A stretch of 64,000 bases of DNA, taken from the NCBI RefSeq assembly GCF_000143415.4, contig NW_003314262.1:4710389-4774388 (forward strand), given 5' to 3'. The notes beneath the pieces were generated by a model. It saw nothing but the letters and a program-made list of their open reading frames with translations. It searched no databases and was not told the DNA's origin. The DNA is from Selaginella moellendorffii. Its lineage: Eukaryota; Plantae; Lycopodiophyta. The position numbers were made by a program, and so were the translations under genes. This document shows, piece after piece, positions 24,189-34,973 of this stretch (the first letter of the stretch is position 1; each line of letters starts with the position of its first letter).

Positions 24189-25406
24189 GATGGCATGTAT
24201 TTATTTAAAAATGTAACTTATTATGGCATGGGGTTCCATGCCATTGTATTAATATTAAAAGACAATTCTTTGAGAGGATTTGCATTATACTAGAAGTGTT
24301 ACAGCATGTTATTGGAAGTCTACGAAGTTGTTTTATTAATAATGGGAAAGTAAAGATTGAATGGGGACTTGGGCTCCACCTAGACTCGGAGCAACTGAGC
24401 CAATATTAAAAGGATGGAAAGAAATTGGACGACGATGACAAGGAGAAGAGAGAGGTGAAGCAGTGGCAGGGGGAGGAGAAGTGATTGAGTAGACATTTCC
24501 TTGTTTAAAATAAAATGGCATGTGCCTCAATGCAGTTGAATTTTGTTATATTTATATACTATATAAAGGTTTGGAAACCTTATTTTACAAGTGGGATAAT
24601 GACAATTCCCACTTTAACGAAATAGAGCTTATCCCCAGGATTCCCATGAAAGAATTCTAGCCGAATGTGAGGATTAACACCAAGAATAGGAGGAGTTATA
24701 CCATGTGCCATGAATGCCACCATCAATTGAGTTTAGTTATTCAATTACAAATGCATAACATCAAGCAATTGTACCAACTACTACTCCATAGTCAAAAGAG
24801 GAAATTGCTAATTTGCCATGAAGATGAACGAAAAGGAAATAATAAAAGAAAAAGAATGACAAAAAGCTAAAAGGAAAAGGAGATTTAGACAATGCAAAAA
24901 GCTAAATTGAAAGAAAAATCTTGAAAGGAAAAAATAAAAGAAAAGAAATGGAAAAAACTAAATCTAGATGATGCAAAAGTTAGATTTAAACCAAAATCCC
25001 AAATCCAAGCATTCCTTAGGGACAATCAAAAAGTGCCCTTCACCTTCACTAATGTGAGTGCATGGAATATGAAAAAGGAATACAAAAAATGTGCATATCA
25101 ATTAGCCCAAAAACCCTAATTTATATACAAAAGCGAGTGGTCTAGATTAAAATTAATCTGACAGCTATCAAAATCCCACTATGATATATTAATATATGGC
25201 ATCTTGGTAATAAAAAAAATTATATTTAAAATATTATTAACGATTTGTTCTTTAATAAACTTTAAAAGGTTATAATTTTGAATTATTATTTGTAATTTGA
25301 AAATTACTTTTGTGCACACCAAAATAGTGTAGATTTCTAGGGTTCTTCCGCGGGCCAAGAATGCCATCGCCATGGAGGTATCTAACCGAGATCTAGAATC
25401 TAGACA

Positions 25407-26306
25407 ATGTTTCAGCATGGTAGAATCCAGGCATTCCTCTCGATTTTCAGAAGAGATGCTAGAATCGCTGGAGCTAGTGTGAGATTCATGGGCGGAGGGC
25501 CTCGGACATTCCCGGGCGGAGTTACAAAGTGGCAGTGGAAGAGAATGCAGGAGAAGAAAAAGAAGGAGAGGGACAGGATATGGCTGTCTAAGGAGAGATC
25601 TCTGTACGAGAGGAGGAGGAGGGCTCAGATAATGGCGTTGATGCCACTCCGGCCCTGGGAGAAAATCCATCCAGAGGCGCCATCGCTTCCAAAGATCGAC
25701 AAGGATCCCAAGATCAAGGAGATGGCTCACCGCTTCCAGACTTGCCGAGGGGTGGATCTCTGGACCAAGAACGATGGTCCGGAGACATGCCGGGAGCTCG
25801 GAGAGCTCGACCAGGATGGCTCGGCTCCAGAGGTTCCGGTTCTCAAAGCTTTCCGGCCGCTGGCACTGTCAACTTCGCAGAGAATCAGCGATCTTAGCAA
25901 GAGCCAGCAGGTAGCAATGGCCCAGAATCAAGAACAGCAGCGGCAAGATGAGGAGCAGCGAGAGTCCCGGATCAAGAAAACGTTTTACAGCCGGAGGCAC
26001 GATGATCCTCCCGAGGGTGACGAGGTTTTCCAGCACAGCCGGTTCATGCTAGCGAGTTATCTCCGCAAGCAAGGACATATGGGACTCGGCTACGCAGCCG
26101 AGACGACCGGGATCACGAAAGATAGCAGCACTTCTAGCGGTGACAGCGACAACACGATCGAGAGAAGTGACTACTCGTCGTGGCTGAGCGCGCTCGCAAA
26201 CGATCGACAAAGGCTGGCCGAGCGACAGGAAAGTGTGGCCGCTGGAAAGAGATCTGGTCAACAGCATCGACCGGGTCAAGTTGCCACGGATGGCGATAAG
26301 CACTGA
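25407..26306 (+). CDS. Protein homologous to the N-terminal domain of plant DEAD-box helicases RH33/RH48 (no helicase domain), likely mitochondrial
   Basis: MGGGPRTFPGGVTKWQWKRM and DLWTKNDGP motifs; Arg-rich transit-like N-terminus; telo-box-like TAGGGTT at ~25338. Confidence 0.75.
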   Translation: MFQHGRIQAFLSIFRRDARIAGASVRFMGGGPRTFPGGVTKWQWKRMQEKKKKERDRIWLSKERSLYERRRRAQIMALMPLRPWEKIHPEAPSLPKIDKDPKIKEMAHRFQTCRGVDLWTKNDGPETCRELGELDQDGSAPEVPVLKAFRPLALSTSQRISDLSKSQQVAMAQNQEQQRQDEEQRESRIKKTFYSRRHDDPPEGDEVFQHSRFMLASYLRKQGHMGLGYAAETTGITKDSSTSSGDSDNTIERSDYSSWLSALANDRQRLAERQESVAAGKRSGQQHRPGQVATDGDKH

Positions 26307-27149
26307 GCCAGCACTGGTGGAAATCTTACTCTCCAGCGCAGCGTTTCTATCAAGACGCAACGCGGTGGCCGATGATCTTGTTTTTATATTTCCTGGTACG
26401 TGATCTTATCTTCCCAGCTTTCTTATCGCTCTTTTCTCTCTTTCGTGCGTGGTTTTCTAACTGGAAGCGTGTTGGATCACAACAAAGCGAGAAGCATCAG
26501 TGATGATCGACTAACAGTAGCAAGGTGGCTCTCGGATCAAAAAATCGCAATCCTCCCGCATCTTCCAAAGTTAAAAGTGCATAGCGGTTTCTTTGGAGAC
26601 AGGTGTCATCGTGGCTGAGAGCTTTTGCAGACGATCGACAAAAGCTGAGCGAAAGATCACGCTGCAAAGATGAAAAGCTTTTCTCCTCCATTACGCCAAA
26701 TTGCCACGGTAACAACAAGCGATGAAACAACGCTGCTGTGCTGGGGAGCGCGATCGTCAATGGCAAATATCCGGTGGATCGTGATCTTGTTTTTAGCTCC
26801 TGGTACGTGATCTTATCTCTTGTCGCTTCGTTTTTTCTTTTTTCTTTCCTTTCTTTCGCTTGTTTGATCCGCTCAGTGAATGGTTTCCTGACTGTGATGT
26901 GGTTCCCACTTTGTAGGTGCGACAAGGACACGCAAAAAACACCGCAAAAGAGGATCATTCAAACAAAAAATGCGATTTTGCTTAGTAGCAAGGGGCGGAC
27001 AAACGCTCAGCCAATCATTTAGAGGCCAGTTTTTGGCACGATGCAACAGCAAATAGCACAGGAGTCAGGACTGATTCTTTCCCGGTTAGCCGAGGTTTTG
27101 TTCGAGAGGAATCCGAGCTGGGGACTGGACAAACGAGATCGGCTCCACA

Positions 27150-27410
27150 CCAATCACCGTAGGGGAGAAACTTGGCAATCCTATGAGCGAGAATCACCGC
27201 AAGGAGGGAACTTGGCAGCGAGAATCACCGCAAGGGAGAAACTTGGCAACCCGAGTCCAAGGTGGAACAGTCCGAGTTGGAGTCCGATATGGCTAGAGTC
27301 CGAGATGGAGTGTCCGAGATGATAGACTTTTCCCGGTTTCTCCGAGATGGAATGGCGTTCGTTTTGGAAGGGATCCGAGCTGGACGGCCCCAGTCACTGC
27401 AAGGGAGAAA
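27150..27410. repeat. Short imperfect tandem repeats (GGAGAAACTTGGCA/GAGAATCACCGCAAGG; TCCGAGATGGAGT), probable TE remnant
   Basis: Repeats are visible directly; the TCCGAGATGG unit resembles the Gypsy array at 11.9-12.1 kb. Confidence 0.45.
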
Positions 27411-28297
27411 GTTAATGACCGAGCGTGGGGTGAGTCCGAGGTGGCTAGTCCGAGATGGAGTGGATCTGTTGACGAGGACGACGATGACTCCCAATGCCGT
27501 GCATGGTAGACGTGTGTGCACACACACTCTGTGTGTGCGCGAGGAAAAGGAATGGTGGGGTGACACGTGGCGTAGTGGCGGATATTCCGTTACTCGCCAG
27601 GAAGGCACATTCCGTCGGTAGGCCTATCGGTAAGTAAAAAAAATTGGCGAACGGTCTCCGTTACTTGGACTGAGATTATTTAAACGCAAAGGGGCATTTG
27701 ATTTTGGATCCCTTCCAACAAGGTTTTTCTTCTCGTCCGCCATAGCCCAGAGGGTCCGCCGCCATGGCGATCGGTGGCGCATTCCCGCTGAATCGATGTA
27801 ATATCGGCTAGATAGATTCGATCTGGTGCTCCCGATCCATTGCGGTCTTCTTTCCTCGATTTCTTCTTCTTCGTCGGCAGCGCGCAATGGAACCCGGCGA
27901 TGCGGCACACCGCATCATGAGAAAGCTGAATTTCGCGGAGGATCAAGGCCCTGTCTCGAGGTCCGCCCCGTCGATGCCGTCGGCACCCGCCGCTGTGCCA
28001 GCCCGCGCAAGGTCTTCCTCCTCTTCTCCTTCTTCCCACGCCAATCTATGATCCGCCCGGAGCAGCAGCACGTATTTTCTTGAATCATCCGGCTCGTCAC
28101 GATCGGTCCTGGCACCGCAAAGTAATTTTTCTCAGGTAACGTGGAATCCATCCCATCCCAATCCTATCGGTTAGAATAGAATGCCGGCACCGTTTCTTTC
28201 TTTTCTTTTCTTTGCTTGCGCTTTTTCGCGAAGCTAATTTTTTCCTCCATGGCATTGTTGTTACAGGACTGGCGGAAGCTTGGAAAATTCTGTGAGC

Positions 28298-30332
28298 ATG
28301 GCTTTGGCCTTGTTTCACCACAATCCCGTCGCGGCGGCTTGCGCATCCCTCAGGTCTAGCTGCGCGAATCGCCGGCGCCAGAATCCATTGTGTCACGCAT
28401 CGATTTTGAGCTCGTCGTATTCATCCCGGTGAGTGGATATTAAACCGTGGTACTGTATTCACCACTGTTGACGTCACTAATCGTGTATTCTCGCGCTTGG
28501 TGATCGATCGACAGGGCTTTTAACAATCGTTGCAAATCCAAACCTTGCATTAATAAATTGCTGGCAATGAGCTGTGGCACGGCGAAGCCGTGCAGTGGCC
28601 AACTTGAAAACGAGGTGAGAACCGTTTGATGCATTCATGGGTTCTTCGTGATCTCTTTGTACTCACTTGCGTTGTCTCTGTGCGTGTAGACTATGAAGCT
28701 TGCTAGACGGGCTTTTTGCGAAGAAGTAACAAGAAAAGAAAATGTTTCTCTGGCAAAGGTATATGGCCTACCCGACTGACGCTTTATCTCATCTTTTCTT
28801 TTTTTTCTTTTGTGGAAGGCTGCACTGTTGATTTCGATAGAAGACGAAGCTTTTATAATGGCTAATCGAGAAAGGGACATGGCAGCTTTGCAGAAGGAAG
28901 GTCGAAGTGTTTTCCCGCATACAAAAATATATCCCACCGACGCGCTCTATTTGGAGGGCCAGAGCATTGCTCATTGGCTGGATAAGCTAGATTCTCTCGT
29001 CAAGACGAGTCAGCATCCAATGGAGGTGTTAAAGACGTTTACCAAGAAATCCTCGCTAACCACGGACCCTGGTAACTTTTACTTGCACCAGGTTCTAAGT
29101 CTCGGTGCTGGAACTGGTAAGCGTCCTTGACTATTTTTTTCCTGACGATCTTACGTTGTGTTGTATTTTTTCTTCTTTCAGCTATAATGCTTGGCATCCT
29201 TTATATGGAGCTCTCCAGGAGAATGGGCTTACCTGTGAGCGGAGCACCAGTAGGGGATGACTTCCTCGTCTGGCCCTCGACTGAAAACAAGGTATGGTGT
29301 GACTTTCTACGCACTGCTTAGGATTTTGACGTTCAGAATCTCAGCTAACCGTGTACTGTGAGTTTGGTGTTGCAGGTTGTCAGTGGGGGTGATTCAGTCG
29401 AAACAGGGTTAAGTGCGGAGGTATAAGTTAGCTACATGTTGCCAGTGATGGTAATATCGTATCTCCTTTGGCGTGTGTGGTTCTCAGATGGTCTTTGAGC
29501 CCTTCAAGGGTGGAAAGATATGGTCCAAAAAATCAGATGGAAGTTACGTAAGGCAGCACTCGAGTGCTGCAAGTGGTCCGCAGGCTGGACCTCATCCAAC
29601 AAGCGGCTTGCGACCCGTCTCTGACCAGGCAATCTTATCGGTTCTTCTGCGCAAGCTCAAAGTGAGTAGAATTCCTTTTCATTTTCACTTCTTTCCTTCT
29701 GTGCAAGAAGTCTTTTCTTCTTTTTTTCCTTTGCATACACGACTTCTGATCTAGTTTTCATGGTTGGACTGTTTGTTGCACATCCAGTAGGGAGCAGTAG
29801 ATCATCCATAGTGCTTAGCTTTGTTGTTGCAGCGCCTCTACTGGAAGCGAGCAGCCAAAGCTTATGCAGGGTGCGACATTGCTGCCCCGCTCCATCCACT
29901 GGCGCTCGCCACTGCCCAAGGTGTGCCGCTGCTTAGTCTCGGCAAAGAGCAAACTCTTCTTCGCCCGCAAGACTTGAGGCAAGCAAAAGCTTTTGGTTTT
30001 CTTCCTTCTCAGCTTAGTGGTGTTTGTTTCCTTCTTTCGCGATTGCACAGGCTTGCAGTAGCGGCATCCGAGAAGCTGTTGCTGTTGCAGCGAGACTGGA
30101 TAACGCGGCGAGATCACGGGCTTCTCCTGTATCATTCCAGGTATAAAACTCTTCTTTAGTCCTGGCAAGATAGTAACTTGCGAAACACAGGCGATATGGG
30201 GAGGCTCTCCAGGAGCTGAGCGCTTGCCTGGCTGTGGCGCCGGTTCACGACTTGCAAATCCTGGAGCCATTCGTGGAGAAGCTTCACTTACTCCGGGTGG
30301 AATCATCGTGGGCCGCGTCCTTGAACAGCTGA
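28298..30332 (+). CDS. Transglutaminase-like (SirB1/Transglut_core2) family protein, multi-exon (start approximate)
   Basis: Exons encode AALLISIEDEAF, DPGNFYLHQVL, LGILYMELSRRMGLPVSG, LRPQDLR|LAVAASEKLL, RRDHGLLLYH and LEPFVEKL; stop at 30330-30332. Confidence 0.8.
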
Positions 30333-30393
30333 TCTTGATTGATTGATCGATCAATCCAAAAAAAAGAGTATTGTTGGCTATCATAACAGAAAA

Positions 30394-30555
30394 TAAACCA
30401 TTGATCGATCCCACATTAAAACCTTTAAAGGTGAGTATTTCGCGTACACATTAGAACTTTAGAAAGCTTGGAAGAGATTGAGGGTCACGAAATCTATCAA
30501 ATAGTAACCTTTAAAGGTTTTAATGTGTGACATAACGAAATCGACCAATGGTTTA
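30394..30555. mobile_element. MITE-like fold-back element
   Basis: TAAACCATTGATCGAT..CACATTAAAACCTTTAAAGGT is mirrored by ACCTTTAAAGGTTTTAATGTG..ATCGACCAATGGTTTA. GAAAA flanks both sides (30389-30393, 30556-30560). Confidence 0.6.
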
Positions 30556-30774
30556 GAAAATTATTATCCTCTTAATGTAATAATAAAACTATAACAAATA
30601 AATTGTAAACATGTGCCTACAACTTTAGAAGAAAAGATTGTTTTAGTTGGCTACCTCCTCCTCCTCGTGATGATCAAAAAACATAGGCATTCTTGAGTTT
30701 AAAAAAAACGAAAGAAAGAGGAAAAGAACGAGAGAGAAAAATAATAGAGAGCTTCCTTCTCCCATCATCTTCTT

Positions 30775-33700
30775 TCATCTCTTAGCGCGCTTTGCCGCTG
30801 GCCTTTGGCCGTCCTTGGCTGACGATCTCTTGTTTCGAACGCCGCGAACTGGAGCAGTAGTAGCAGCAGTAGCGCCACCACCACCACCGGCCGGAGTGGC
30901 AGCAGTGGCGCTCGGAGTTGGAGCAACGCCATCGCTCTCCTTCTCTTTCACTACACTAGCAGCAGCCCCTTTGCCTTTCTTCTTGGACGAGCTCTGCTTG
31001 TCCTGGTTGGAAGCCGAGGCTTTGGAGTCTTTGCGCTCCTTAGCTCGATCCTTCTTCTCCTCCTTGTCTTTCTCCTTCTCCTTCTCCTTCTCTTTGCTTG
31101 CTACTGCCGCCGCTGCCGCCGCCGCGGCCTCCTCGGCCTTTCCAATCTTTTTCACTATAGCATCCAGCGGCTTCTCTCTGGTGACGCCTTTGCCGGACTT
31201 GTGCTCGCTGCTACCGCCGCCACCGGCCCCTCCTCCTCCTCCGGCACCTCTGTTCTTCCGGCCATAAGCCTTGAGAGGCTTGGCCTTGCCTCCCTCCACC
31301 TCGGGCTCTCCCCCCTCTCGCGTGTCGTCCTCTTCCCCGCCACCTTTGCTGCTGGGAATGCCGCCGCCGGGGCTCAAGCTCGCGCTCTTGGACCTGCTGT
31401 TGTCGCTCGCCGCGTTCTCTACAGCTCCGGTGGTTGTCGTGGTGGTGGTGGTGGTGGGAGTAGTCGTCGCGGGTACACTCGCCTGGCGTGCTGGTGTCGT
31501 GCTTACTGCTGTGGCGGCGGTGGCTTTGGTTGAACAGTTCTCGAGCGCAGTAGCAGGCTTTTTGGTGTCTCTCTTCCGCGGGGCCGCCTTGTCGGGCTTT
31601 GTAGCGCCGGCTTCTGCTTGCATCAGCTTGTCCATCTCTTCCATCACCAGCTTCCTCATCACCACCGCTGCGCTGTGCTCCGGCGAATCTCGCGGGTAGA
31701 AAACGATGCAGTTGTTGAAGACGAGTAAGATGTCCCGGAAAAACTCCAGACTGCCCGAGTATGCTCCCTCCTTGAGGCGTGCTCTTATCATGTTGAGATC
31801 AATGTGCCTTCGAACAACTTGAGCATAGCGAGGATCGTCCTGCACGAGTACAGAGCGAATTAACATAGACTATCAAGGATAAGGTACCTGGCTTTCTTGT
31901 TTCTGCTTGAAGAAAGAAGCTTGCTTGTGGTTGGAAATCGTCCGGAGGCAGTTCATGAGAGGTTGAAGCTTGAGGATGTGCGCGGTTTCGTTTTTGGTCC
32001 TCCTACTTGTTGGAGAGTCCTCGGGCCCGTCGGCTTGAGAGCCAACATCACTTCGTTCAACTCGGCTGTCCTTCGACTGCTCGAGAGCACTGCCACTGCC
32101 CTCGTTAACACTTGCTGGAGAACCAACGTCCTGCGTACTGGCCCTCGAAACCACTGCATTGTCAGCTTTTTCCACTGAGTCGGCCTGACGAGTTCCTCCC
32201 TGTGACTCGTCGCTCTTCTCGTTCAAATCCGCAGCAGGCTTTACGTCTGTGCTCGAAGAATGTTGAGCAGCACTGGCGCTCGATTCCTTCTCGTCCTGCG
32301 AGACTCGTCTCGCGTTTGGCTGCTCGGTAACAATATCTACCACCAACCCGTCGACCTGGACAACGTCGTCGTCTGCTGGCTGATTAGCTTCCGACTTCGT
32401 AACATCTTCGGCCTCCGGGACATGCGTACTCAAAACTGGAAGTGGCTCGTCACTTGCTTTTGTCCCCTCGGTGTCCAAAAGCATCTCACTCCCTGACTCG
32501 ACGGTGGTAGGAGCCACTGCTGTGTTTTCGGAAGCAGATCCTACAAAATTGCCGTCGGATGCTCTGACAGCTTCCTTGCTTCCGGTAACATCTGCAGAAG
32601 CCTTAGGATCGCCAGCGGCAATTGCTGATGGCTCCCCTTGATCAACAATTGGTAACTTATCCACCTTAGCATCTTCCATATCCTCAACGCCAGGAACATC
32701 AGAGCTAACAGCTTCAACAGTTTCCTTCTCTTCCACCGCTGGTGCTTGCCTTTTCTCTTCCGATAAAACTTCGGTTAATTTTCCATCACCTTCCATTCCA
32801 TCTCCGTCATCTTGACAAGTACCATCCTTTACGGGAGCCTGCGCTGCATCGTCTAGTTCGGTATCAGAAGCAACGACTTCTTTACTAGCAGTTTCTCGTT
32901 CGGACTTTTTACTCTTGCCAATGTCAGCTTCATTCTTCAAGCAAACCATGTCATCACCACCCGGTTTTGTCTCGTCTTCATCCTGGCGCATTCCTTCATG
33001 CGACCCATCTGCTACTACTTTATCTATATCCTCGACCCGCTTCTCTGTATCAACATCTGTGACTACTTCTACCTTCTGTGCACTGTGAGATTGATCCTCC
33101 ATATCTACATCCCTTACTGCTGCTTCTGATGCTTTTTCTGTGTCGGCTGCCTCCACCTCCGCAGATTCATCTGTTGCCACCTTCGCATCTTCCATCGCCT
33201 CTGTTGCAGGTTTCCCATCAGCAGTTTCTTCATACTTCTTGACTTCGTCCATACTATCCCTCTTTGCATCATTTTCAACGGTCGAAACCTCATTGCTCTC
33301 AGAGATCCCTGTCTCCTCAGTGCCAACGCCACCTGGAGGATTCCTCTTGTCGACTTCCACGTCCCCATCTTGGGCAACACAACTCTCTGGAGCGCTTTGA
33401 TCCGCTGGCTTTGTATGCTCCACTAAGCCAGCGCCAGGCTTTTCCGGAGCGTGCTGCTTGCTCGTAACCTGCAAGCTCTGCGCTCTCTCAGCCTTGAGCC
33501 TCTTCAATCTGTTTGTCAAGGACCTGCCTTGCCAAAGGCCACCTCAGAACAAAGAAAATTTTCCAAAAACCAAGCACTACTCACGCTATACACCCATCGT
33601 GCCACTCAAGCTCTCGTTTGAGATGTGCCATCCTTCGTTTGCGAACATCGTCAAACCATGAAGGGTACTGCTCTCTACACGAACCAAAGAAAAAAAAAAC

Positions 33701-34145
33701 TTGTATCATCTATCAAACGACAAAAAAAAAAATGGTGAGCCATCACCTTCCATTCCCACCGTTGCAGTATCCCGATCCGCCATAGCGACCGCAAAGAGCA
33801 TCAAACTTGCTCTTACAGGCCTGCGAGAACCACACAACAAAATTTCAATAATATTGCCCAGATATCATTTTTCTAATGGAAGATCTAGCGCAAAGAGAGA
33901 ATGCTTACCTCCGGGGAGAAAGACGACGATGGCAGGCTGAGGAGCTTGACCCGCGCTTGGAGCTCGCTAGCCACGGAGCTCCAATCGCCGGTCCCATGCC
34001 GGGCCACTGCGCTCACGAGGAAGAGCTCCTCGAGCGTCCCCCACGCCACGACTGCCGATCCCGACGCCTCGGCTACGCATTCATCCTCTTGCTGGGCGAG
34101 AATCTGTGGCTGCGGCGGCTGCTGGAGAATACGCGCATCTTCCAT
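30775..34145 (-). CDS. SANT/Myb-like + bromodomain protein, multi-exon
   Basis: N-terminal WGTLEELFLVSAVARHGTGDWSSV; long acidic linker; bromodomain YAQVVRRHIDLNMIR...FFRDILLVFNNCIVFYP. Confidence 0.88.
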
Positions 34146-34369
34146 GAGGCGCGCTGCATCTATCAGATCCCAATTCGCGCCCCAACCTAGGGTTCTTGCA
34201 GTGGTTTAGGAGGAGATCTTGAATCAATGTCGCAACACACCTCCATTTTGGAAGAGCCCTAGATTTCGCGAAAGGAATCGAACCCCGTCCCTTTTTATAA
34301 TGAGGCCCTTTAAAAATTGGGCACGCCAATGGGAATGGAACCCCGGATCGCTGGTTTTATTTGCTTAGC

Positions 34370-34786
34370 ATGAGCGAGGAGGAGAAGAGGGAGAGCGCTT
34401 GGGGCTTCGAGGAGGCGGCATCGCCATCGCCATTAGCATCGCCGCCAGCATCGCCGCCAGCGCCATCGCCGACAGTGCCGCTGCTTCCCGTGCATCAAGC
34501 ATCGCCGATGCCGCTGGTTCTTGCGGGGGTATCGACTGGCCAGATGCTCTTGCTCAAGCGATTCAAGGATGCGGTGAGGCAGGGCAAGCCGATTCCAAAT
34601 ATGCACATCATCCAGCCAGTTCTTCTCGGTGGCGCCGGCGCTTGCGCATTTGGAGGTCTCCTGAGCGCGCTTGGCTTTTTACGGGTATGATTTTTTCCTG
34701 TGTCCTACATTCTTTTGTTTGATCGCTCTAAGTTGTTACAGTTCGACAAGATCTTTGGAACTCGCAAGCCACAGATCGAGGCGTGA
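34370..34786 (+). CDS. Small hypothetical membrane protein (2 exons)
   Basis: ORF with a Pro/Ala-rich N-terminus and two hydrophobic segments. Intron 34685-34741 joins it to FDKIFGTRKPQIEA*. Confidence 0.5.
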
Positions 34787-34973
34787 TCGGGTTCGTAAAG
34801 TTGCCAGTTTTCATGGTTTTTCATGGATTCACTTTGATTTTGTGATGTTGCCAGGTTTCCTGGATAGGAATTCGTTCTAGTTTGTTTTTTTGAGAAGGAA
34901 AGAGACATCTTTTTGCCAAAGACGAAGAAGTTCTATCGGTTTAATAACAAGTGCTGTTGTTTTTCACTCGAGC

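Larger units (their letters stand above)
13774..24630 (-). mobile_element. Large TIR DNA transposon, copy B (inverted relative to A), 10857 bp
   Basis: Left end AAGCTCTATTTCGTTAAAGTGGGA (13774); right end TCCCACTTTAACGAAATAGAGCTT (24630), a perfect 24-bp TIR; 4-bp TSD ATCC at 13770-13773 and 24631-24634. Confidence 0.93.
1..24750 (-). mobile_element. Degenerate Ty3/Gypsy LTR retrotransposon interrupted by two DNA-transposon insertions (LTRs not identified; right boundary approximate)
   Basis: On the minus strand the domain order is gag (~24720-24631 joined to 13769-13290), aspartic protease (VLVDTG, ~11270), RT (2770-2000), RNase H (~1850-1450), integrase (1100-115). The gag frame RLEFFHGNPGD|DVYY*FDHF is restored when copy B and one TSD are removed. 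Many stops and frameshifts. Confidence 0.88.

Noticed and set aside
2938-24630. Reading the region as one 21.7-kb element with multi-kb TIRs (Polinton/foldback-like)
   Set aside because: Each half has its own TIR pair and a distinct TSD, and the spacer is contiguous Gypsy sequence. No polB, capsid or ATPase was seen.
24760-25150. Possible 5' LTR/PBS of the Gypsy element
   Set aside because: No TG..CA boundaries or PBS could be identified, and the partner LTR lies outside the window.
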